Part shown: one piece after another, positions 9,422 through 21,482 of the stretch
Numbering within the stretch: the stretch's first letter is position 1
Layout of the letters: every line of letters begins with the position of its first letter
DNA from: Candidatus Latescibacterota bacterium
GTDB lineage: Bacteria; Latescibacterota; UBA2968; UBA8231
Direction: 5' to 3'
DNA: 64,000 nt
Assembly: GCA_965242865.1 (NCBI GenBank)
Contig: CBDETK010000013.1
Span: forward strand, 1,824,001 to 1,888,000
The notes under the pieces: model-generated
What the model was told of the DNA's origin: nothing
What the model saw: only the letters and a program-made list of their open reading frames with translations
Database searches by the model: none
Program-made: the position numbers and the translations under genes

Positions 9422-10950
9422 ATAAAAGAAAAGAATTTGGCGACTTTCAGACTCCTAGAAAATTGGCAAATAAGGTGACAGCCCTAGTCGCCGATGTTTA
9501 CGGGAATCCCGACTTAGTCGTTGAACCAACGGCCGGAATAGGATCATTCCTCAATGCGTCAGAAGCTCAGTGGGGCAAGGAATGTCAATATGAGGGTTAT
9601 GAAATTAATCGAGACTATGTAATCCAAACATCTGAGATATTAAAAAAATGTGGAATTAAACTTTTCCAGCGAGATTTTTTTACCCTAGACTGGAAGCAAG
9701 TACTCAACCGAACAGCATCGGGCAAAGTACTAGTGGTTGGCAATCCTCCTTGGGTTACAAACTCTGAACTTGGACTTTTAGGTAGTCACAATCGACCCAA
9801 GAAGACCAATTTTCAGCGATTGCGCGGACTCGACGCCCGCACCGGAAAGTCCAATTTTGACATTGCCGAGTGGATGCTCATTAAATTGATTGAAGCAATA
9901 CCAACTAATGGTGCCGTCGCTATGTTGTGCAAGACAATGACAGCTCGCAAGGTCTTGCGACATTTCTGGAAAACAGATAGTGGACGGAAAGGGGCTTGCC
10001 TCTTTCGGATAGATGCCAAGGCATCTTTTGCGGTTGCCGTTGATGCCTGTCTTTTGTTTATCACTGGCGTACGCGCAAACGAGCGAGTAGCAACAATCTA
10101 TGCTGGTCTAGATCTAAAATCTCCTACAAAACAGTTTGGCTTTATTGACGGACATTTGGTTTCCGACATTAGAACATATAGGAAATTCAGAGAATTTGGC
10201 AGCGGATCACTTGCTTATACTTGGAGGTCTGGCATCAAACACGATGCAGCCAAGGTAATGGAGTTTACTCGTGAGGGTGCATTGTACCGGAATGGATTGG
10301 GCGAGACGGTCGAATTGGAAGACCGCTATCTTTATCCATTACTGAAATCGTCTGATCTTGGGAATGGTCGCATTATGCCGCGCAAATCTGTTTTAGTCAC
10401 GCAGGAGCGCATGAGCGATGACACCTTAACCATCGCCGACGAAGCTCCTAAGACGTGGCAGTATCTGATAGATCACGCAGCTACTCTCGACAGTCGAAAA
10501 AGTTCGATTTATAAAAATCGCCCTCGCTTTTCCATATTTGGTATAGGCAGGTACTCCTTCGCGCCATGGAAAGTCGCTATTTCTGGCTTATACAAGTCTT
10601 TCTCGTTTGTAGTTGTTCCACCATTGGCCGATCGCCCGATTATTGTGGATGATACTTGTTACTCGCTTCCATGCAATACTGAGGCCGAAGCGCGTTTGCT
10701 TGGCGACTTACTCTCATCCGAGTCTGCACTTGCATTTCTTCGGTCTTTAGTGTTCGCGGATTCTAAACGCCCGATCACTATTGATGTGTTGCGACGTATC
10801 TCACTCGTCTCTATAGCACAACAACTCGGCAGGCTAGAAGAGCTGGAACAATTCATCCATTCGGAAGAACCAAATTTCGAGATAGGACGACAAACTACCT
10901 TAGCCATGGAACCAAGATCAAGCTACCCAGTATGTTCCTATATTGAATGA
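9418..10950 (+). CDS. SAM-dependent amino (N6-adenine-type) DNA methyltransferase
   Basis: Start MNKRKEFGDFQTP at 9418; motif I VEPTAGIGSF; motif IV VVGNPPW. Confidence 0.88.
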   Translation: MNKRKEFGDFQTPRKLANKVTALVADVYGNPDLVVEPTAGIGSFLNASEAQWGKECQYEGYEINRDYVIQTSEILKKCGIKLFQRDFFTLDWKQVLNRTASGKVLVVGNPPWVTNSELGLLGSHNRPKKTNFQRLRGLDARTGKSNFDIAEWMLIKLIEAIPTNGAVAMLCKTMTARKVLRHFWKTDSGRKGACLFRIDAKASFAVAVDACLLFITGVRANERVATIYAGLDLKSPTKQFGFIDGHLVSDIRTYRKFREFGSGSLAYTWRSGIKHDAAKVMEFTREGALYRNGLGETVELEDRYLYPLLKSSDLGNGRIMPRKSVLVTQERMSDDTLTIADEAPKTWQYLIDHAATLDSRKSSIYKNRPRFSIFGIGRYSFAPWKVAISGLYKSFSFVVVPPLADRPIIVDDTCYSLPCNTEAEARLLGDLLSSESALAFLRSLVFADSKRPITIDVLRRISLVSIAQQLGRLEELEQFIHSEEPNFEIGRQTTLAMEPRSSYPVCSYIE

Positions 10951-10983
10951 GAAAGCATTTAGACTAGCCACCTGAACGCCGCC

Positions 10984-11991
10984 ATGTTCGACTTCATCTA
11001 CGCGGAAAATTCCATCCGCGACCACCCGCGCACCCACGCCCTACTCAAGCGCTTCCCCCGCGCTCAGCTAGTCCCCTGCGCCCGCTACGGCGAGGTTTTC
11101 AATCGCGCGGCGCAAAACTTCCGCCTGCAAAAGCACCGCCCCGCGCTCATCCTCGCCCACAAGGCCGGCCGGCGCGTCCTCCCGGCTCCCGACGGCTACG
11201 GCATTGGCGGCGAGCGCAATTACTATTTTTCGCACCTGCTCAACTGCCCTTACGACTGCCGCTACTGCTTCCTCCAGGGCCTGTACCGCTCGGCGCATCT
11301 AGTCCTCTTTGTCAATTACGAAGACTTCCAACAGGACCTCGCCGCGCACATCGCCGCAGACGCACCCGATAAGCCCTATTTCTTTTCGGGCTACGACTGC
11401 GACAGCCTCGCGCTAGAGGGCATTACCCACTTTACAGCCGACTTCCTTCCCTTCTTTGCCGACCATCCGCAGGCGTACTTTGAGCTGCGCACCAAGAGCG
11501 TCCGCATCAAGACCCTGCTCGCCACCCCAGCCCTGCCCAACTGCGTCGTCGCCTTCAGCATGACCCCACCGGCCCTAGCCGCCCAATTCGAGGTCGGCGC
11601 ACCGGCCGTGGCCCGGCGTTTGCAAGCGATCGCCGCCCTGCAAGAGCGCGGCTGGCCCATCGGGCTGCGCTTCGATCCCCTGATCTACGACCGCGCCTAC
11701 GAGGAGCGCTACCGCGACCTATTCGCCCTGGTGTTTTCCCAAATCCGTTGCGATGGCCTGCACTCGGTCAGTTTGGGCCAGTTCCGCCTGCCGCAGGGCA
11801 TGTACAAAACCATGCACAAGCTCTACCCGGACGAAAAGCTCCTCGCGTACGGCTTGGAGGAAAAAGACGGCATGGTCTCCTATCGGCCCGCCTTGGCCCA
11901 AAGGCTCCACGACTTTTGCGCGGATCAATTGCTCCAGTACATTCCCGCCGCGCTCTTCTTTCCCTGCCCCTCCACCACCTTGCAGGTCTGA
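10984..11991 (+). CDS. Spore photoproduct lyase-family radical SAM protein
   Basis: CPYDCRYC motif followed by FLQGLY; FELRTKS, VVAFS and GLRFDPLI segments typical of SplB-like proteins. Confidence 0.85.
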   Translation: MFDFIYAENSIRDHPRTHALLKRFPRAQLVPCARYGEVFNRAAQNFRLQKHRPALILAHKAGRRVLPAPDGYGIGGERNYYFSHLLNCPYDCRYCFLQGLYRSAHLVLFVNYEDFQQDLAAHIAADAPDKPYFFSGYDCDSLALEGITHFTADFLPFFADHPQAYFELRTKSVRIKTLLATPALPNCVVAFSMTPPALAAQFEVGAPAVARRLQAIAALQERGWPIGLRFDPLIYDRAYEERYRDLFALVFSQIRCDGLHSVSLGQFRLPQGMYKTMHKLYPDEKLLAYGLEEKDGMVSYRPALAQRLHDFCADQLLQYIPAALFFPCPSTTLQV

Positions 11992-11998
11992 GTCTGAT

Positions 11999-12709
11999 AT
12001 GCGCGTCTTAGTCACCGGGGCCAGTTCCGGCATTGGCCGCGCCGTCTGCGAAAGGTTGCTCGCCAGCGGCCATCATGCCATCGGCATCGCCCGCAACTTG
12101 GGCAAATTCCCCTGCGACCACGCTCGCTATCAGGCGCACGCCATGGACCTAGCCGCGCTCGACGAACTGCCCGAGCGTCTAAAAGCACTCTTGGCAGTGC
12201 ATCCCCAGCTCGACGCCTTAGTTCTCAACGCCGGCGTGGGCCGCTTCGGCTCATTAGAGCAATTTTCCTACCACCAAATCCGCGCCCTGATCGATCTCAA
12301 CTTCACCAGTCAAGTCTTTGTCGCCCGCGCCTTCCTGCCCGCCCTCAAAAAAGCCGGGCGCGGGCACTTGGTCTTTACCGGATCGGAAGCCGCGCTCGCC
12401 GGCACGGCCCAAGGCAGCTTGTACTGCGCGGCCAAATTCGCCCTGCGCGGGTTTGCCCAAGCCCTGCGCGCCGAGTGTGCCCGCGCCGGCATCCGCGTCA
12501 CCTTGGTCAACCCCGGCATGGTCCAGTCCCCCTTTTTCGACGAACTGGACTTCCGGCCCGGCCCGGCCCCTGACCACTACATCCTGCCGGAAGATGTCGC
12601 CGCGGTCATCGTCCAAGCCCTGACAGCGCGCCAAGGCACGGTACTCGACGAGATCAACCTCTCGCCGCAAAAAAAAGTGATCGAGTTTGGCGCTCAGAAG
12701 AAAAAGTAA
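11999..12709 (+). CDS. Short-chain dehydrogenase/reductase
   Basis: Likely start MRVLVTGASSGIG at 11999; LNAG; catalytic YCAAK. Confidence 0.9.
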   Translation: MRVLVTGASSGIGRAVCERLLASGHHAIGIARNLGKFPCDHARYQAHAMDLAALDELPERLKALLAVHPQLDALVLNAGVGRFGSLEQFSYHQIRALIDLNFTSQVFVARAFLPALKKAGRGHLVFTGSEAALAGTAQGSLYCAAKFALRGFAQALRAECARAGIRVTLVNPGMVQSPFFDELDFRPGPAPDHYILPEDVAAVIVQALTARQGTVLDEINLSPQKKVIEFGAQKKK

Positions 12710-12764
12710 CCGCCGCTGGCGGCTTGGGGTTTAATCTGTACCCATCGCAAGGAAGCCAACGGCT

Positions 12765-13664
12765 ATGTCCCAACGCACCCTCCTCGTCCTGCTCATCGCC
12801 ACCTGCGCCCTTTCGTCTGGTTGCGTCTCCGTGCGCCGCGGGCTGGGCTCCGCCCTGATCTCCGACAAAACCGAAATCGAACTCGGCACTAAGGTAGCGG
12901 CCCAAATCGAGCAAAACAAGCGCGTCCACGCCTCCGCTCAACTCCAATCGTACGTCCAGGGCGTCACCGCCACCTTGATTGAAGCATCCCGAGACCATGG
13001 CCCCGACGCCCAGCGCAGCCTCGTCCATGGACGCACCGATGGCCCCGAAGGCAGCGAATACGCCCAGCGCGTCGCCGACTCGACCCCACGCGCATTGCGC
13101 GCCCGCCCGGGCATCCGCTACCGGGTGCAGGTCTTAGACGACCCCAAGCAGGTCAATGCGTTTGCCGTCCCCGGCGGCTACTTATACGTGTACAGCGGTC
13201 TGCTAACAGTCTTGGAAGATGAAGCCGAGTTGGCCGGCGTCTTAGCCCACGAGATCGGCCACATCGTCGGCCGCCACTCGGCCAACCAACTCGCCGCTCG
13301 CTGGGGTATGGACCTCCTCACCCGACTCGCTCTCGGGGAAGATCCGCACCAGATCGGCCAGATTGCCACCCAACTCAGCAGTGCCCGCTTCAGCCGCGAC
13401 GACGAGCGCGAAGCCGATACCTTTGGCGTCCGCTGCGCCATTGCCGCTGGCTACGACCCGCGCGGCCTGCTGCGCTTTTTTGAAAGGCTAAAAAAGCTAC
13501 AAGCGCGCCGGCACTCCGACCTAGAAAAGCTCTTCGCCAGCCATCCTCCCACCAGCGAGCGAATCCGCCGCATTGAGCGGCTGATCGATCAGTACGGCCC
13601 CCCCGAGGGGCAGCGCTATCGCACGCGGTTTGTGCGGGAGACCGCCGTTGTGCGGCGCGAGTAG
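12765..13664 (+). CDS. M48-family zinc metallopeptidase lipoprotein
   Basis: Lipobox SSGC; NAFAVPGG, HEIGH, FSRDDEREAD, ASHP motifs. Confidence 0.9.
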   Translation: MSQRTLLVLLIATCALSSGCVSVRRGLGSALISDKTEIELGTKVAAQIEQNKRVHASAQLQSYVQGVTATLIEASRDHGPDAQRSLVHGRTDGPEGSEYAQRVADSTPRALRARPGIRYRVQVLDDPKQVNAFAVPGGYLYVYSGLLTVLEDEAELAGVLAHEIGHIVGRHSANQLAARWGMDLLTRLALGEDPHQIGQIATQLSSARFSRDDEREADTFGVRCAIAAGYDPRGLLRFFERLKKLQARRHSDLEKLFASHPPTSERIRRIERLIDQYGPPEGQRYRTRFVRETAVVRRE

Positions 13665-13739
13665 TGCCCCATTGTTCCGGTCCAATGCAACCCCTACCTT
13701 CTTAGTAGTAGCTCGTTCACGCCTCTGAGGAAATCCATA

Positions 13740-14750
13740 ATGCTCCCTGTCTTGCTCCTGCTCCTGACCGTGCTGGCCGGCACCCTCTCAGCCCAAGAGC
13801 GGCCGGCGACGCCGGTCATCGTCGCCGAAGTTCTCGAACAACCGCTCGTCGAAGACCTCTCCTTTGTCGGGCGCGTCCAGCCCCGGCGCTCCAGCCGCGT
13901 CGCCGCGGAGACCGAGGGGCAAGTGGTTGAGCGTTTTAAGGACGCCGGCCAAGCCGTGCATACCGGCGACCCCCTCTTTGCGCTGGCCAACGATCCGCTC
14001 CACGCCGCGTTGGCCGAAGCGCAGGCCGATTTCGCGTTGCGGCAGTTCAACCACGACCGCAGCCGCCAGTTGCGGCCCACCGACGGGGTCTCCGAGCAGG
14101 ACCTGCGCTACCACGCCTACGAACTGGCCCGCGCCCAAGCCAAGCTAACCGGGCTTCAAGCCCAAGTAGAAAACCTCCTCGTCCGCGCCCCGTTCTCCGG
14201 GCACATCACCCGCACCTTTACCGAGGTGGGCCAGTGGGTCGGGCGCGGCGGCGAAATCGCGCAGGTAATCTCCATCGACACGGTCCGCGTGCTCGTCGAG
14301 GTGCCCGAGCGCCACGTGCCGCAACTCGCCTTGGGCGCGGGCGTCGCCATCGCGGTCGATGCCCTCGGCAGCGACCCCATCGCCGGCCGGGTGACCGCCA
14401 TCCTCGCCGAGGGCTATGCCTCCTCGCGCACCTTCCCGGTCGTCGTTGAGGCCGCCAACCCCGCCGGCCGGATGCGCAGCAACATGTCCGCCCGGGTGCG
14501 CTTCCAGCTCGCGCAGGCCCAAGCATCGCTCCTAGTGCATAAGGACGCCCTAGTCTCCAGTCCGCAAGGGCCGGTCGTGTACCTCGCCCGCGACGGTCAG
14601 GCCATCCAGCATGCGGTCGCAACCGGGCTAGCGCACAAGGGGTACGTGGCCGTTACGGGCGAACTCGCGCCCGGCGATCTAGCGGTGGTGCGCGGCAATG
14701 AGCGGCTGACAGACGGCCAAGCCGTGCGCATCATCCGCCGGCAGCCATAG
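13740..14750 (+). CDS. RND efflux periplasmic adaptor (MFP) subunit
   Basis: Signal peptide; VRAPFSG, EVGQWV and GQAV lipoyl-type motifs; adjacent to the RND permease. Confidence 0.9.
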   Translation: MLPVLLLLLTVLAGTLSAQERPATPVIVAEVLEQPLVEDLSFVGRVQPRRSSRVAAETEGQVVERFKDAGQAVHTGDPLFALANDPLHAALAEAQADFALRQFNHDRSRQLRPTDGVSEQDLRYHAYELARAQAKLTGLQAQVENLLVRAPFSGHITRTFTEVGQWVGRGGEIAQVISIDTVRVLVEVPERHVPQLALGAGVAIAVDALGSDPIAGRVTAILAEGYASSRTFPVVVEAANPAGRMRSNMSARVRFQLAQAQASLLVHKDALVSSPQGPVVYLARDGQAIQHAVATGLAHKGYVAVTGELAPGDLAVVRGNERLTDGQAVRIIRRQP

Positions 14751-14760
14751 TTCGTTCGTC

Positions 14761-17901
<3,141 letters not shown>

Positions 17902-17944
17902 GAAGAGTTAGTTACCCGGAACCTGCATTTCTCAGCTATCGTTC

Positions 17945-19832
17945 CCCGGCGAGTTAGTGCTCGATCCATTTGGTGGCAGTGGTACTACCGCCTTAGAAGC
18001 CGTTCGCTTGGGGAGGAGGGCACTGAGCGTTGACGCTAATGCAGTGGGGACCCTGATCGGGCGCGTAAAAACTTGTAACTTGGACCGCAAAGCCGCGATA
18101 GAGCTTCACACTATTCGCAGTTCCCTGACCACTTACTGCTTCGACCTTCCCGCTGCCAAATCCCTGTGTGCTGCACATGCCGCATACATCCCCAACATCC
18201 CCAACATCGATAAGTGGTTCCCGATCACTGCGCGGGGCGAACTGGCTTTAATCAGATCGCGCATTGCGAGGATTGCACGCGAGCAGGCCCGCGATGTGGC
18301 CTTGCTCGCCCTTTCGCGTATTGTTCTAGCGGCCTCGTTCCAAGACTCTGAGACCCGCTATACGAGCAAGCCGCGTGACATACCGCAAGGCGAGGTCTTA
18401 AGTATGCCGTGCTCATTGTAGGTGACGCGATCTACAAGAAAGTCCTTTATCCGGCGGCAGAGGCACTGAGCGACTCCGCAGAAAAAATTGGCTTTGAAAG
18501 CGTTTGTATCGCAGAGCGAGCAATCCATTCGTCAAAGCGTTCCTTTGCGGCGGCTGGAAGAAGAGCCACTACCGAGAAACTTCTCGTCATCCGCAAGCCC
18601 CCCAAGAAGGTATCCTTATGGTTGGCGTCGCCCCCGTACAAGTTGTGGCCCTACGAAGACGCGTTGAGAAAACGCGAAATTGAGTCCGTAGTGGGCGTTC
18701 CAACGACCCGTGGCCCCAGCTTAGAGTTGGACCCTTATTCTGCGACGAAGACGCGCCAACTCGTATTTACTCACGGAGTCGGACGGACGGCGTTTGACAG
18801 CGAGCCTACGTGGCAAGCTATCCTCGAAAACGGCTTCGCACGACAATTTTCAGCCCGCAAAGACCCCAAGTACGTCACGCATGGCCTACACCCCTACAAG
18901 GGGAAGTTCTACCCACAACTCGCCAAGGGGTTGATGAATGTTTGTGCCCTCCGGGCGGGTGCCAGCGTATTTGACCCATTCTGCGGGAGTCGTACGGGAT
19001 TTTCTAGAAGTGGTTTTGAGCAGCATCATCCGCGAGGTTTCACAGCAAGCCCCAAACGACTTGAGGATCCGGCGGCGGAAGGAGCCGATCGCGGACGCCG
19101 ATGTGTTCAACATGTACCTTGAGGCCCTCGATTCTCAATACACGCGCATTGAGAAGTTCTGGGCCGTGCGCGGCTATTGTCCGCATCGGTTCCGTCCCAG
19201 CAAGGTCGTCGAAGGGGACGCCCGCACCCCAAAGACCGTTGAGGCCCTCGCCCTCACAGAAAACAGCGTGGATTCTGGTACTTACAAGTCCACCGTATGC
19301 TACGGCCCTTCCATACATTGATACGGATAGACTATCGCTCCTCATACTATTCGGAATGGATTCGTCGGCTCGGCGGCCCATTGAACAGGGCCTTATTGGC
19401 AGCCGTGAGATCGCGACTAAAGAGCGACGCCGATTGGAGCAGGCCATAACGGCCAGTGAGGGCGTCTTGCCCGCAACCACTCAGAACTATCTTCAGGATC
19501 TACACGCTCGGATCGCCCAAGCAGACGTTGGTTTCCGACGCAAGAATATGCCCGCTTTGTTGCAGCGGTTTTTTCAGGACATGGCATTGGTACTGAAGAA
19601 TTGCCGTCGAGTTCTCCGCCCGAGCGGTGAAGCTATGATCGTCATTGGCGACAACCGCATGCGCGTGGACGGTGCATACGAACGAATTCCCACGACGGAC
19701 TTTGTTCAGGACATTGCAATACACTGCGGAATGGAGCTAATCGAACGGATCGATATTTCCGTGACAACAGAAAACTTGGTTCACATAAAAAACGCGATTA
19801 CTGAAAATGTAGTATTGCGCCTAAAGGCTTAA
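17945..19832 (+). pseudogene. Fragmented tandem (two-domain) N4/N6 DNA methyltransferase
   Basis: Overlapping fragments in different frames carry PGELVLDPFGGSGTT, HGLHPYKGKFYPQ, FDPFCGS, LTSPPY and RVLRPSG..IVIGDN. Confidence 0.8.
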
Positions 19833-19945
19833 ACGCGCTCAGGCATAGCCAAGACAGCACGGTTCCCAACGAGTTATCAGGTTGGGCTATATAGTCAAGG
19901 TGCAAGATGTGCTCCTCGCACCGTTCCCCTCGCACGCCGCTAACG

Positions 19946-20578
19946 CTAAAAATTCAGCTTCAACCGCAGGGCGGGAACGGCCGTTTCGCGCCCGGGCAAA
20001 GCACCCAGCTCTACGCTCGTGGCCACCTTGTTGATGGCTTGGACTTGGTCGCGCAGGTGGGCCAAGGACGCGATCTTGACCCACGCCGACAGGGGCATCC
20101 AACCGGCCGCTGTCTCCGCCCCGGTCAACAGGGCCGTTCCCACAGCCGTCACCGTAAAGCCCATGAGCGCGAGCCCCTGTTTGTGTTCCCCAATGTAGAA
20201 ATAGCCCGCGCCCGGCACGGGTAGCTCTAGCAGGAAGGCCACCAGCCCGGACTTTGGCTGCTGGTACGCGGCGCGGCGCGCCTGAATCCGCTGCGGCCCC
20301 AGCGTGCGCAACGAGCGAATTTCGGCCAGCGAGTATGCGGCCTCCCGCTCCTGCAAGGCCCCAACGACCTCGACGACCGCCACTGAATCCGCCGCAATCT
20401 CCTCCACGCGCAACGAGCGCACCCGACCATCGGCAAACGTGGCTTCGCCCCACGCCGCTTCGGCCTGCATTTCTTGCAGCAGGCTCCGCACCTGTTCGGT
20501 CTCCATGGCCGCCTCAGCCCCGCGCACCACCAGCAGAATCGCCGGCAACCAAATCCATAATCGCATGTTCCACCTCAT
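19946..20578 (-). CDS. Hypothetical exported/membrane protein
   Basis: Signal peptide; SGLVAFLL...PGAGYFYIG TM2-like motif; C-terminal LRLKLNF. Confidence 0.65.
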   Translation of the reverse strand: MRWNMRLWIWLPAILLVVRGAEAAMETEQVRSLLQEMQAEAAWGEATFADGRVRSLRVEEIAADSVAVVEVVGALQEREAAYSLAEIRSLRTLGPQRIQARRAAYQQPKSGLVAFLLELPVPGAGYFYIGEHKQGLALMGFTVTAVGTALLTGAETAAGWMPLSAWVKIASLAHLRDQVQAINKVATSVELGALPGRETAVPALRLKLNF

Positions 20579-20604
20579 TGGGAAATTGTCGCTTTTGCCT
20601 TTTC

Positions 20605-20634
20605 AATCTACCCGCCGCCTCTTCTTCCTGTCAA
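20605..20634 (-). promoter_or_regulatory. Candidate sigma70 promoter
   Basis: TTGACA-N18-TAGATT on the minus strand, upstream of 19946-20578. Confidence 0.45.
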
Positions 20635-20657
20635 GCCGCCACGCCCCCGACAGCCCA

Positions 20658-20686
20658 TTGCTCGCCCCACGGTCAAACCCTATCTT
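20658..20686 (+). promoter_or_regulatory. Candidate divergent sigma70 promoter
   Basis: TTGCTC-N17-TATCTT, 10 bp before the ATG at 20697. Confidence 0.35.
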
Positions 20687-20696
20687 CAAAACGCTC

Positions 20697-21482
20697 ATGC
20701 AGGCCCAACTCCAACAAGCCATAGCCGCCACGCGCGAGGCCGGGGCACTGACCTTGCAGTACTTCGGCGGGCCGCTCAAGGTCGCGTACAAAGACCGGAA
20801 CGACCCGCTGACCGCGGCTGACCTCCAAGCCGATGCTTACCTCAAGCAAGCCCTGCGGGACTTGCGCCCAGACTGCGGCTGGCTCTCCGAAGAGACGGTC
20901 GACGACCGCCAACGCCTGCAAAAAGAAGCCGTGTGGATCGTCGATCCAATAGACGGCACGCGCGAGTTTGTCGAAGGCATTCCCGAATACGTGGTCGCCG
21001 TGGCCTTAGTCGAAGGCGGCGTGCCGACCTTAGCGGTGATCCACAACCCCGCGCAAGCGGAAGTATTTGCGGCCGTAGCGGGCAGCGGCACCTTCCGCAA
21101 CGGTCGGCGCGTGTTTTGCAGCGAGGTCCAATCCCTCAGCCAAGCTACGGTCGTGGTCAGCCGCAGCGAGACTAAACGGGGCGAGATTGACCCCTTTCGC
21201 CCGCACCTCGGCACCATCCGCCCGGTTGGCAGCGTCGCCTACAAGCTGGCCTTAGTCGCGGCCGGGGCCTGCGATCTCAACTTTAGCGTCCAAGACAAAA
21301 ACGAGTGGGATGTTTGCGCCGGCGACCTGCTGGTGCGCGAGGCGGGCGGCCTCATGCACACGCGCGATTGCCAAGTGCGGACCTACAACCAAGCAGACCC
21401 TCTCATCCGCCGCGGCCTCGCGGCCGGCAACGCGCCATTGGTCACACACCTTCTCCGTCTAATGCGGGAGCAAGAGCAATGA
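20697..21482 (+). CDS. Inositol monophosphatase / CysQ-like 3'(2'),5'-bisphosphate nucleotidase
   Basis: Likely start MQAQLQQA; LTAAD, WLSEE, WIVDPIDGTREF, EWDVCAG. Confidence 0.88.
   Translation: MQAQLQQAIAATREAGALTLQYFGGPLKVAYKDRNDPLTAADLQADAYLKQALRDLRPDCGWLSEETVDDRQRLQKEAVWIVDPIDGTREFVEGIPEYVVAVALVEGGVPTLAVIHNPAQAEVFAAVAGSGTFRNGRRVFCSEVQSLSQATVVVSRSETKRGEIDPFRPHLGTIRPVGSVAYKLALVAAGACDLNFSVQDKNEWDVCAGDLLVREAGGLMHTRDCQVRTYNQADPLIRRGLAAGNAPLVTHLLRLMREQEQ

Noticed and set aside
6474-10968. CTAGC as a proven target-site duplication of the R-M island
   Set aside because: Only 5 bp, and CTAG is common in this sequence, so chance cannot be excluded; mentioned only as a hint.
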